In this document: positions 28,295-40,600 of the stretch, piece after piece
Position numbering within the stretch: the first letter of the stretch is position 1
How the letters are laid out: the number at the start of each line of letters is the position of its first letter
Source of the DNA: Chrysomallon squamiferum
Taxonomy: Eukaryota; Animalia; Mollusca
Length of the DNA: 64,000 nucleotides
Assembly: GCA_012295275.1 (NCBI GenBank)
Contig: CM022670.1
Span: forward strand, 42,222,001 to 42,286,000
Direction of reading: 5' to 3'
The notes under the pieces: generated by a model
What the model was told of the DNA's origin: nothing
Database searches by the model: none
Seen by the model: only the letters and a program-made list of their open reading frames with translations
Made by a program: the position numbers and the translations under genes

Positions 28295-28517
28295 TATTAC
28301 ATATGCATGTATGTATGTATGTATATATGTATATATATATATATTTACCAAGAGCTGCATCGTGTAACCCCCCAGTCGTCGGGTGCTGTAACTGGTCAAA
28401 TGTTTGCGGGTTTGTGATTTCCTTTACACTGAGTGACTTGATTTCATCAGCACTGTACAGTCTGAATCTGACACTGTTCATTCGAAACACTGGAACATCT
28501 TCATCCAAATCCTCCAT
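5223..28517 (-). CDS. POLR1A: DNA-directed RNA polymerase I largest subunit (RPA1/RPA194), 33 coding exons, about 1710 aa
   Basis: Exons in transcript order: 28349-28517, 27810-27937, 27351-27570, 26671-26896, 26030-26312, 25114-25254, 24207-24347, 23391-23611, 22872-23004, 22504-22587, 21761-21899, 20187-20301, 19902-20010, 19673-19756, 17985-18146, 17599-17715, 16913-17124, 16441-16525, 15687-15887, 15428-15556, 14551-14706, 14076-14272, 13522-13651, 12999-13127, 11766-11990, 10124-10179, 8641-8808, 7920-8116, 7534-7658, 6877-6957, 6015-6179, 5647-5757, 5223-5516. All are GT-AG with consistent phases and sum to 5133 nt. Motifs: [12 protein letters not shown] Zn site, [11 protein letters not shown], catalytic [11 protein letters not shown] (NADFDGD at 21819-21839), bridge helix [25 protein letters not shown], and Pol I-type trigger loop [30 protein letters not shown]. 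There is no Pol II CTD. Confidence 0.97.
6293..6879 (-). repeat. 38-bp tandem array built from the POLR1A donor junction CAG|GTATTT
   Basis: Unit caaggtaaaatacctgtacactgtttacttgtaaatat, about 15 copies; the terminal copy is the real donor at 6877/6876. Confidence 0.92.
8820..10040. repeat. Compound minisatellite (40/50-bp units grading into 60-bp units) abutting a POLR1A acceptor
   Basis: cattacacaataaaaacagtattacattttacattagtta copies, then 60-bp copies at about 9400-10040; this explains ORF 9597-9998. Confidence 0.92.
10560..11802 (-). repeat. Tandem array of about 40 bp made of the POLR1A exon tail plus donor (..GTATTATCTCAG|GTAATTA)
   Basis: About 30 copies of taattacctgagataacacaactctgtttagtttt; the unit matches the last ~35 nt of exon 11766-11990. 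Confidence 0.92.
13122..13510 (-). repeat. Tandem array of about 42 bp made of a POLR1A acceptor (GTGTTTTGTGTTGTAG|ATTGT)
   Basis: About 9 copies fill almost the whole intron 13128-13521. Confidence 0.9.
14745..15172. repeat. 27-bp intronic minisatellite (cttctagtattaaccctttcactttca)
   Basis: About 16 copies; they generate the spurious ORFs 14664-15197 and 14737-15186. Confidence 0.93.
16186..16440 (-). repeat. 50-bp tandem array starting exactly at the POLR1A donor GTCAGTCCTAG
   Basis: About 5 copies of tgtattcaaacattttaaactctgaagatgtaaaattatctaggactg(a/c)c. Confidence 0.88.
17160..17440. repeat. 50-bp intronic minisatellite
   Basis: actgacttacacaaacaaacagtaagcacagagaaataacaaaacctaca, about 5.5 copies. 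Confidence 0.9.
18412..19615. repeat. Two-variant (37/52-bp) intronic minisatellite
   Basis: cttattaccaccaagtatcagtctaaactacacttac with or without an insert of about 15 nt (tgcattttgta-containing); roughly 25-30 copies. Confidence 0.93.
20818..21060. repeat. TA/CA-rich compound microsatellite
   Basis: tacata/tatata runs; they explain the Y/I/C/V-rich ORFs at 20738-21147. Confidence 0.93.
22325..22535 (-). repeat. Tandem copies of about 60 bp of the POLR1A exon tail plus donor (..CATGCAGGCACATCAG|GT)
   Basis: Three intronic copies near 22328, 22388 and 22442 of the last ~31 nt of exon 22504-22587. Confidence 0.9.
24833..25155 (-). repeat. Tandem copies of the POLR1A exon tail plus donor (..ACAGACATCATTTCA|GTAAGT)
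   Basis: About 5 intronic copies, 45-60 bp each, of aaacttactgaaatgatgtctg. Confidence 0.88.
25355..25640. repeat. 25-bp intronic minisatellite (caggaagtagttttcaatatcacca)
   Basis: About 11 copies. Confidence 0.92.
25845..26038 (-). repeat. Tandem copies of the POLR1A donor TTCAGACCT|GTGAGTA with (TTTA)n spacers
   Basis: actcacaggtct at about 25848, 25884, 25920 and 25960, plus the real site at 26024. Confidence 0.9.
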
Positions 28518-28519
28518 CC

Positions 28520-29805
28520 TGAAAAATATCACACAATAATATAGTTTCATATACACATACATATATAAATAAATAAATAAATAAATAATATGGGCACTAT
28601 TATTATATACACAGAAAAATGTATAGTTGGCTAAGCTTTAAGGGAGCAAATTGTGTGTGAATGTGTGTGTTTTAATTCATCTTAATATAAAACTGGTAAT
28701 ATTTATTAAATAAAACTGAAAATGTACCATCTAATAATATTATATTATGTACAGATACAGAAAATAAGAACTTTAACCTAATTTAAATTGTAAAAGCCAA
28801 AATCACGTCACATGCAGACATTAATAATACAAAGCAAAATTCAAAACTGCCAACCTGAACAAACAAAAAAAAACAGAAAACAACACCAAATATATCTTTA
28901 TAAACTGTAACTACGTCTGACAGTTAAACGAAATGTTTAGAAAAATCTGCCACGATATTTCACATTATGGAAATCAAAACCCTTGTGCTTATCTAGACTG
29001 GTTCCTCGTAAATCAGGCATTTAGATAACGAAACTACAATGTAGTCTCGGTTCGTCAATTTCCGCAGGTTAAATAAAATGAGAGGATAACCATGATAATA
29101 TTTTATTATTTTTATTGAGTTATTTATTTGAATGAGGTAATTGGTACACAATTCACCGATTAAAAAATATACATATTGTAACTAATAGTAGATAATACAA
29201 TAGCGTATTAATTTGTTAAGTAGAAGTCTTTGAAGATTTTCTTATTGAAATAATTTAGTTATTATCCCTGTAACCGTCTTCTCCGCGGTTTTTAGTCGTA
29301 AAACAATCGGAATAACTCGGTATATTTCGGAACATTTCGCTCACAAGTAACGAATAAACAAAACCAGTTAACATTCTGCATCAAAATTATACCACGTGCT
29401 TTCAGATTTAAAGAATTTCAACGAGGTTTTTATTTATTAATAAGTCTTAAGCTGGGTTTCTTTTGAAATGTGTAAATAAAAGAATATATTGAATAAGGTA
29501 ATAACTAGTAATATAACTGTAATAACTAGTAATATAACTGATGCGTGATTCATGATGATAATAATATCTACTAAGATTGGTTTGCAGATCGTCTGCTTAT
29601 CTGATGCCAGTCATTCGATTCATTGTAATTTGTATAATTGGACAGTCGTGTTTTTGGAAATGTAATTATGATTGTAGCTATTATTTAATAATATATAAAA
29701 ATTTTAGTCACACTATAATCTGGCTTATCAAAAGTAGAGTGTTGCAAAATGTATTTTTATTTTTAATATTATTTTGATAATAATTTTTGTTGTTTACACT
29801 TTCAG
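28520..29805. promoter_or_regulatory. Putative bidirectional promoter and 5'UTR region shared by POLR1A and HEATR1
   Basis: The divergent ATGs are at 28517 (-) and 29830 (+), each just downstream of a splice acceptor, so non-coding first exons lie between them. CpG density is locally higher at about 28950-29430. There is a CACGTG E-box at 29393-29398, a palindrome ACTACA-A-TGTAGT at 29033-29045, and a probable HEATR1 5'UTR donor GAG|GT near 29425. Confidence 0.65.
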
Positions 29806-29829
29806 ATACAAGTATTTTGACAAGTTAAA

Positions 29830-32800
29830 ATGACATCATTGGCAAAACAGCTGCAGCGTCTTGTTGTACCCCACACACAGACAGTGTTTGGAGGAGACAC
29901 AAGGAAAACATCGTTGTTGTTCAATCCTGTTGATGCTGCAGCTTTGGACAGAGAGACGTACTTCGCACTTGGTACAGCTTGTGTTTGACTTTTAATTTTA
30001 TTAGTTTTCATTATTACATCATTACAACACTACCTGTTAATTGATATAGAACTATTACATAAGTTCCATAATTAGGTGGGAGTCAATTTGCCAAACTTAA
30101 AATGTCTCATTCCTATCAATTCTGTCATTGTTTAAATGTAACTGCACTGTTACGTACTGTAATTTAGTGTAATAGTGCAGTATATTATTGTAGTGCTGTC
30201 ACAAATGTTATAGTCATGTAATAATGTTAAGATTTGTAATATAACATATTAAAATACTGTAACATCGCATACTTCTGTACTGATATGAATATACTGACAG
30301 TGTAACAATATGTAGGTATTACCACACTGAAAATTTAATTTTGTTACAGAAATGTAGTATTTGCTAACTAATTCCTGTTTTTACACTGATAGGTGTCAGT
30401 GGTTTGGAGGAACTGGAGGGCATTGATCCCAGCTTTGAAAAATTTCATCGCAGTTTGTTCAGCGAAGCTTCACAGATGTTTGAGCGAAGTGTCCAGACCA
30501 AAGAAATAAATGAAAAACTTGACAAAACAATCTGCACTTTCTTACTGCGACTTTCACCATACTTTCTACTCAGACCTGCTCACAAAGCTCTGGAGTGGCT
30601 TATCTACAGGTAACATGTTTGCACTAGATCATCAGTCACTTTCCCCAGAAACCTGTGTTCTCCCGTTTATGTTTATACACCAAACTTCAATATTAATGTG
30701 TAATCAGTGTGATTGACATCTGTTAACTGTTGAAAAATATTCATTTGTTCTTCTTGAAGTATATTACACTAATATATACATTTCAAAGTACTTTACCTTA
30801 ATTTATATCTTAAATTATTTTACATTAATTTAATCTTAAAATGTTTTGCATGAATTAACATTTTGTAAAATATATTACATCAGTTTAGTTTTCCAAAAAG
30901 TACAGATCACTGAAACATTATCTCTGTAAATCCATTCTCAGTTGTTTGTTATTTTACAAGTGTGAGCACAAAAATCACTTAAAACATGAATTCTGAATGT
31001 TGATTAGTTATAGATTTATTCCAGTTTACATATAGATATCACATTCAGTTTTACAGTGTTTATAGATATCACATTCAGTTTTACAATGTTTATAGATATC
31101 ACATACATTTTGACAATGTTTATAGATATCACATTCATTTAGACAATATTTATAGATACCAAATTCAGTTTGAAGATGTTATATATATCACGTTCAGTTT
31201 TACAATGTTTATTTATAGATATCATATTCAGTTTTACAATGTTGATACATATCACATTCAGTTTTACAATGTTTATAGATATCAAAATCAGTTTTACAAT
31301 GTTTATTTATAGATACCACATTCAGTTTTACAATTTTTATTTATAGATATCACATTCATTTTTATAATTTTTATTTATAGATATCATGTTCAATTTTATA
31401 ATGTTTATAGATATCACATTTAGTTTTACAATGTTTATTTACAGATAACACATTCAATTTTTATAATCATAATAATGTTTATAGATATCACATTCAATTT
31501 TTATAATCATAATAATGTTTATAGATATCACATTCATTTTTATAATTTTTATTTATAGATATCACATTCAGTTTTACAATGTGGATGATCTGATGATGTG
31601 TATTCTGCCGTATCATCAAAGTAAAATGTTTGTGCGTGCTGTGCAGTTAATAAACCTTGACACTCACTCTGCCTCAAAGTGGGACTGGATTCTACCTTTA
31701 CAGGTAAATTTACACTACAGGTTATACTTACATATACAGGTTAATTTACAATAGATATACTTGCCTATACAGGTAAATTTAGTTATGTGAGCTAGATGTA
31801 CTTGATAGAGGTAAATTCAGTTACATAAGCTGGATTACTTATCTATAGAGGAATATTTTATTTTCATATGACACAAACATTATTTAATTAAAAAGTATGT
31901 TATGGCAATTCCAATACTTTCTCCCATTCTGATGGTGGTGTTATAAAAACATAAATTATCTTTATAAAATTTTAATATTGGTTTAATTGTTGAGACAATT
32001 CTTGTATTTAGATGTTTCTTTAATAACAATAACAACTATAATAATAATAATAATAATAATAGATATACTAACAAAATGTTGTGACTGTATTTATGTATAT
32101 TTGTTAAATTGTTTTGTTTGTAGAAATCAGGAGTACACTTAACAAAATCTGTGTTGGTCAACCACTGCAGAACTAACTCAGCCTTTCTAGCTTTTGTGTG
32201 CAACATGGTACCCAAGTTCATTGAGGTTTCTTGATTTTTTTTTTTCATTGAATTAATTAATGAACTTGATTAACATTAATTTGTTTAAAATAAGTCAATC
32301 TGCATTTTTATTATTATTAAATAAAATTATAAAATGTTTTTATATTTATTAAAAATTGAAATGTTTATACTCTTAATTAAAGTTAATATCTAATTAGTAA
32401 GAGATGAAATGTTTTAACTATTAGATGTTTAGTTATAAAAATTGAAATGTTGGTGTGTTGTCAGGCTCATGCAGATGTTGAAGATGTAAACAAAGTAGAG
32501 CTGCGAGTGTTGTTTTCATTCTACGCAACGACTGTGCTGGGTGTGCTGGAGTCGGGCAAGATCACAGAGACTCGGGTTGCAGCATTGTTTGAGTCACTAG
32601 TACGTGGATTCAAGTCTCAGATAGTCGACTACAAAGCTGCATCATACATCATCCTTGCCAACCTCATACAGAAAACTCATTTGAAAACAGAGCTGATAGA
32701 AACATTCGTCAACATCATCTGCAAGGTTCAATCTTTATTATCAAAACAAACCATACAGACACCATTATTTTGTGTTAACAAAAATGAAATTTAATTGTAA

Positions 32801-34634
32801 AAAAGAAATTGTGGTCAAAGTGATCCAAAATATAAAAACAGAAATTTATATTTATCAGTCTTGATGGTTACTTGCATTTTAACTTGGATACCACCAAGAA
32901 ATACTGAATAACTGTGATATGTGATCATAATAAATCACACTGTTGTTGAACTTACTAAACATTTCAAAATGTTTATTTATAGTATACATCACCAGCTTTA
33001 CAGACTGAGTCTGTGACCTGCCTGCTGCTTATCTATCAGAAGCAGGATATAAAAACAATGAGAAAAAAGTAAGTTTAAATAAAGTATGAGAATGTCAGAA
33101 TTAAACAAAAAAACATCAAATGTTTTGATATTCCAATTTTTTTTATACAGGACATTACATACCAGAGGTATTAGTAAAACTTAAAATAAAACAATCTGAT
33201 CTTGACATCTTGTAGATTTTGAAAACCTTAAAACATCACTGAATACTGTATTAGTGATCAAAATTATATGAAAACTTATGTAAATATTTATGTTTAAGAT
33301 AATGTAATTTTTTTTTATCAGAGCATTTAAATATCTGAGTCAACAGACAAACTTGGTCGTTGTTCTCAGTGGCTTGTCAGAGAAATACGACATACACTAC
33401 CTTGTCAGCCCCTTCTTGACTAGACTGATACCAGCAGCATTCAAACAAACACTTCTCAACATCGTCAGCAGCGACAGCAGTGAAAACGATGATGACATTC
33501 CTCCTCCACAACTCATACATCTTCTACAAGATCTGCTCACCATGTTGCCTCTTAATGACAGTACAGCTGACTTTGTTGCTAGGTAAAAAAGATTTTAAAA
33601 GCAACAAAAAACAACACTGTAACAAATTTTAAAATAAATAACGTTTTCTATTACAAAAATATAGCTCATTTCATTGCTAAGTATCTGAGATTTTAAAAAC
33701 ACATAAACAACATTTTGTACAAATATTAATACAAAGTTTTGTATTATGACAAAGCAGTTCACTCTGTTGCTAGGTTATTGAGATTTAACACTGATATTTG
33801 TTTTATGGACATAATGCTGTAGTTGTTGTTGTTCTTCCAGTGAGGTGCTGGACCAGTATTTGATGTATGTCTTCAACCATGACTTCGATGAAGGTGATTT
33901 GTTGGTACAGACTATTCAGCAAGTTGTCAGGCAGATGGAAGGAAGGTAACTCTAATTAACTCACCTCAGTTTTATTTTTGTAAGACAAATGAAACTCAGT
34001 TATTAATATGTGTACACAATGTCTAAATACAAAATAACATCTCCTAAAGACAATGCTATGTCTAAAATACTTCACAGTAAAATGTTGAAACTTTGCTACA
34101 GAAACAGGGTACACACACTGATTTAGTTAAATTTATATGCACTGTTTTACATAGTACAATATGTTGAAATGTTATTAATTTTCAGATACCCCATCGCTGT
34201 TGATAAAGCAGTTGACAAAATTTTGAAGTTGTGTGCTGATGAAGAAAAGAAAGCTGCAGTGATGTCGTTTCTCAATGTGTCTGCATTTTCCAATGACCAC
34301 CACGTTGTAACAACCAATGTGAAAAGTTTGGTTTTGTCTCTGAATCATCATCAGGCTGCAGTGAGACAAAGTGCTGTTGAGTTCCTCCTGTCACACACAG
34401 ACAAGGTCAAAATACACAGTCTGTTTTTATATGTATCTACATCCTGTCACACACAGACAAGGTCAAAATACAGTCTGTTTTTATATCTATCTACATCCTG
34501 TCACACACAGACAAGGTCAAAATACACAGTCTGTTTTTATATCTATCTACATCCTGTCACACACAGACAAGGTCAAAATACACAGTCTGTTTTTATTTGT
34601 CCCTCTGTATGTTTATATATCTGTCTACCTACTA

Positions 34635-34686
<52 letters not shown>

Positions 34687-37600
34687 CTATCAATCTCTCT
34701 AACTCACTGTGTCTCTGTATAAACATGTAAGTGTCTGCATAGACACAGCACACACACTAACCAATAGACTTGAAAAAGAATCAGGAAATGCATCTTTAGA
34801 TAGTACCCATTTTGTTTCCTAAAATATTATATAAATTGCTTTTTTTTTCTTTTTTTTTAATTACAACTCAGTTCTGAATATCATAGAATTGTTAAGAGGG
34901 AGACTAGCAGAGTTTCACTAATTCACTGTAAAGTTAAATAAATGGATAAAATTTGGATTTTCTACTCAAAATGATGTTTGAATTTTCAGTTTGAAGAGAA
35001 GTTTGTTTCGGAAGCAATTCTTGCTAGGCTCAGAGATGATGATCTCAATGTTGTGACTGCTGTAGTTAAAAACTGTCAGGTTTGTTTACAGTTATGAAGA
35101 TGTAGTTTATCAGTGACAAAATAAGTATGTACATCCATTAACTTTAATACTCACACTCAAGTGCATAAATTATTTGTAAAAGACTTTTTGGTAGATACAC
35201 ATTAGAAAAACAAATTAGAATTAAGTTTTTGTTTGAAGTGTGTAAATTGTTTACAAGGAAAATTTAAATAATGCATTGAAAACATTTGTATAGTTAATTT
35301 ATTTATTTATTTATTCCTCTTCTTTTTTTTTTAAATACATTTTTTAGGAATACAGAGAAATTGTTGTGTAATTTGTATAAATTAAATATTACAAAATAAT
35401 TTTAGAATTTGAGTGAAGTTGTTGAAAACAAAGAAGAGCTTGAAGTCTGTTTGCTCCAGCTGTTACAAAGATGTGATGGAAAAGAAAAAAGGTAACATTG
35501 AGACAAATGTTAATTTCAACAACAGTAACATAGTGTCAAGTTTTAGTTTACAGAGTCACCTGTACTCAGTTCTGATCTGTACATCAGACAAAAAACTGTT
35601 TTCATTGTGCTTGTTTATTTTTGTACTTCCAGTAATAATTCTGTTTTCCTGAGAGAATGTCTAATAAAACTTACAAAATGTCACTGATGTCTCAGTATTA
35701 AGAAAAAGTATTGTTTGTAAACTGTTTCATATTTCAGAAAGGAAATCTGCACCACAGCTGTGAAGAATATTTGTACCAACAACAACTCTTCTTTTCGAGT
35801 TGCTTTCAGTTACCTCCCTTTGCTATCTGGCTCTGAAAGTGAAGTTGCTGTCTGTCAAAGTTTGCTGAAACATTCTCAGACAGATGTCATACAGAGAGCT
35901 AGTGAAGGTATTTAGAAACTAGATTAGTTACACTAGAACACTGAAACATTCTCAGACAGATGTCATACAGAGAGCTAGTGAAGGTATTTAGAAACTAGAT
36001 TAGTTACACTAGAACACTGAAACATTTTCAGATATCATACTGAGAGTTAGTGAAGGTATTTAGAAACTAGATTAGTTACACTAGAACACTGAAACATTCT
36101 CAGACAGATGTGATACAGAGAGCTAGTGAAGGTATTTAGAAACTAGATTAGTTACACTAGAACACTGAAACATTCTCAGACAGATGTCATACAGAGAGCT
36201 AGTGAAGGTATTTAGAAACTAGATTAGTTACACTAGAACACTGAAACATTCTCAGACAGATGTCATACAGAGAGCTAGTGAAGGTATTTAGAAACTAGAT
36301 TAGTTACACTAGAACACTGAAACATTCTCAGATTGACATCATACAGAGAGCTAGTGAAGGTATTTAGAAACTAGATTAGTTACACTAGAACACTGAAACA
36401 TTCTCAGACAGATGTCATACAGAGAGCTAGTGAAGGTATTTAGAAACTAGATTAGTTACACTAGAACACTGAAACATTCTCAGACAGATGTGATACAGAG
36501 AGCTAGTGAAGGTATTTAGAAACTAGATTAGTTACACTAGAACACTGAAACATTCTCAGACAGATGTCATACAGAGAGTTAGTGAAGGTATTTAGAAACT
36601 AGATTAGTTACACTAGAACACTGAAATATTCTCAGACAGATGTCATACAGAGAGCTAGTGAAGGTATTTAGAAACTAGATTGGTACACTAGAACACTGAA
36701 ACATTCTCAGACAGATATCATACAGAGAGCTAGTGAAGGTATTTAGAAACTAGATTAGTTACACTAGAACACTGAAACATTCTCAGACAGATGTCATACA
36801 GAGAGCTAGTGAAGGTATTTAGAAACTAGATTAGTTACACTAGAACACTGAAACATTCTCAGACAGATGTCATACTGAGAGTTAGTGAAGGTATTTAGAA
36901 ACTAGATTAGTTACACTAGAACACTGAAAACTGAAACATTCTCAGATTGACATCATACAGAGAGCTAGTGAAGGTATTTAGAAACTAGATTAGTTACACT
37001 AGAACACTGAAACATTTTCAGACAGATACCATACTGAGAGTTAGTGAAGGTATTTAGAAACACTAGAACACTGAAACATTCTCAGACAGATGTGATACAG
37101 AGAGCTAGTGAAGGTATTTAGAAACTAGATTAGTTACACTAGAACACTGAAACATTCTCAGACAGATGTCATACAGAGAGCTAGTGAAGGTATTTAGAAA
37201 CTAGATTAGTTACACTAGAACACTGAAAACTGAAACATTCTCAGATTGACATCATACAGAGAGCTAGTGAAGGTATTTAGAAACTAGATTAGTTACACTA
37301 GAACACTGAAACATTCTCAGACAGATGTCATACAGAGAGTTAGTGAAGGTATTTAGAAACTAGATTAGTTACACTAGAACACTGAAACATTCTCAGACAG
37401 ATGTCATACAGAGAGCTAGTGAAGGTATTTAGAAACTAGATTGGTACACTAGAACACTGAAACATTCTCAGACAGATATCATACAGAGAGCTAGTGAAGG
37501 TATTTAGAAACTAGATTAGTTACACTAGAACACTGAAACATTCTCAGACAGATGTCATACAGAGAGCTAGTGAAGGTATTTAGAAACTAGATTAGTTACA

Positions 37601-40600
37601 CTAGAACACTGAAACATTCTCAGATTGACATCATACAGAGAGCTAGTGAAGGTATTTAGAAACTAGATTAGTTACACTAGAACACTGAAACATTCTCAGA
37701 TTGACATTATACAGAGAGCTAGTGAAGGTATTTAGAAACTAGATTACACTAGAACACTGAAACATTCTCAGACAGATGTCATACAGAGAGTTAGTGAAGG
37801 TATTTAGAAACTAGATTAGTTACACTAGAACACTGAAACATTCTCAGACAGATGTCATACAGAGAGCTAGTGAAGGTATTTAGAAACTAGATTGGTACAC
37901 TAGAACACTGAAATATTCTCAGACAGATGTCATACAGAGAGCTAGTGAAGGTATTTAGAAACTAGATTGGTACACTAGAACACTGAAACATTCTCAGATT
38001 GACATCATACAGAGAGCTAGTGAAGGTATTTAGAAACTAGATTAGTTACACTAGAACACTGAAACATTTTCAGACAGATATCATACTGAGAGCTAGTGAA
38101 GGTATTTAGAAACTAGATTAGTTACACTAGAACACTGAAACATTCTCAGACAGATATCATACAGAGAGCTAGTGAAGGTATTTAGAAACTAGATTAGTTA
38201 CACTAGAACACTGAAACATTCTCAGACAGATGTCATACAGAGAGCTAGTGAAGGTATTTAGAAACTAGATTAGTTACACTAGAACACTGAAACATTCTCA
38301 GATTGACATCATACAGAGAGCTAGTGAAGGTATTTAGAAACTAGATTAGTTACACTAGAACACTGAAACATTCTCAGACAGATGTCATACTGAGAGTTAG
38401 TGAAGGTATTTAGAAACTAGATTAGTTACACTAGAACACTGAAACATTCTCAGACAGATATACTGAGAGCTAGTGAAGGTATTTAGAAACTAGATTAGTT
38501 ACACTAGAACACTGAAACGTTCTCAGACAGATGTGATACAGAGAGCTAGTGAAGGTATTTAGAAACTAGATTAGTTACACTAGAACACTGAAACATTCTC
38601 AGACAGATGTCATACAGAGAGCTAGTGAAGGTATTTAGAAACTAGATTAGTTACACTAGAACACTGAAACTTTCTCAGATTGACATTATACAGAGAGTTA
38701 GTGAAGGTATTTAGAAACTAGATTAGTTACACTAGAACACTGAAACATTCTCAGACAGATGTCATACTGAGAGTTAGTGAAGGTATTTAGAAACTAGATT
38801 GGATAAACTTTAGTATATGCCTTGTCTTTACAGATAAATAAAGATGCAAATGATAGTCAATTGATTCACAAATTTGTTGAGCTGTTTCACTGAAGTATTT
38901 TATGGTAACAAGCCCATGGGAAGTCTGTCAGCTGAATTTTAATGAAATAATATTACTGTCATTTTCACTTACTTAATTTATTATGATCCTTTTGTTCAGG
39001 CCTCATTTGACTTGAAAAACCAACATGGGTTATTGAGAAACACGGACCTGCTCTACATCAATTTTGAAATAACATGTACTAATAGCATTGTCTGGATTCT
39101 CAGTGGAGCTTGAGTAAACTTGTTGAATTGTTCTTGTACAAATAACTTTTTGTTATCCTGTGACAGTAAACAAATTTTTTTATTTCCAGAGGTAAAGTAT
39201 CTGTTTATAATAATTAACACATTGCTTTCTAGTATTTATCTCCATGTTTTGCAGCTTGCTTGAATCAGCTGACACTGATGTTTACAGGAGAGGAAGAAGT
39301 GACTGAAGAGAACATTGCAGAGTTCAACATGTTTGTCTCCCAGAGAATAGCAGAAACCCTGACATACAGCAATATACAACACATAGTGAGTATACAGTAA
39401 AATACAACACACAGTTAATATACAGTGAAATACATCACCTAGTGAGACTACAGTAAGATACAACACATAGCATGTATACAGTAAAATACAATACAGTGAG
39501 TATACAATAAAATACAGTACATAGTGAGTATACAACAAAATACAGTACATAGTGAGTATACAGTAAAATACAGCACACAGTGAGTATATAGTAAAATACA
39601 GCACTGAATATGCAGTAAATACAACACAGTGAGTACACAGTAAAATACAATACATAGTGAGTACACAGTAAAATACAATACATAGTGAGTATACAGTAAA
39701 ATGCAATACAGTGAGTGTAACAGTAAAATACAATTCACAGTGAGTATACAGTGAAATACAACACATCGTGAGTATACAGTAAAATCCAACCCAGTGTACA
39801 CTAAGACATAAGGCATAGTGAGTGTCTGTGTGTGAAAGTTGTCACGTTGGTGATTTCAGGTTGAAGATTTGTCTGGAGTGCAGGTTGGAAGGAAGAGAGA
39901 TGTTGTTATGTTGGAGTTCACATTGACTACATTGTACTACATGATTGACAGATGTTCTCAGCACAGTGACATTGTACAGCTGTGTTGTCTCCAGTCACAG
40001 TTACTGTCACTCATTCACAGCAAGGTAACTTCATTACAATGATTATCATTTTACAGCAAAAATCTGTATTATATACATGTTGTTATTTTATAGTTATTGT
40101 CATTGTTATTGCTGTTATTATCATTATCATTGTTGTTGTTTTATTAGATGTTTAGATGTGTGTATTCTTTGATTCCGCAATAATTAATTTACTGATTTTC
40201 ACAGAAGATGATTTCCAGGGTTCACATGAAAAAAACTGTTTCTGACTTGAAACATGTTGTCATGGTGATGAACAAAGAAATCCAGAAAAACAAGATGAAA
40301 GTTTTATATCCTTGTTTTCTCTTTTACCTTCAACATGCTGTAACACAAACCTCAGTACCTGATTCACTGCAGAGTAAGTTGTACCTTATAGTTTTTACTG
40401 TATCTGATATACTGAAAAATATCATTTAGTTGTTACTTCAGTCAGTGTATCCAATACACTGCAGAGTGAGTTGTATCATATAGTTGTTATGTTTTGAGGA
40501 ACGTTTTGTGAGTTTTTTCACACTCTCTTCAAACTACCACAGACATATTTCTATTTTATAAAACACAACAAAAAAAACCATTGACATTCTACTATATATT

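Noticed and set aside
29552-29604. C/D-box snoRNA-like ATGATGA...CTGA in the HEATR1 first intron
   Set aside because: The span is short (53 nt), there is no clear terminal stem, and only about 8 nt of recalled rRNA complementarity; this is expected by chance.
35865-38800. CRISPR-like regular array
   Set aside because: The units are contiguous with no unique spacers, the context is eukaryotic, and there are no cas genes.
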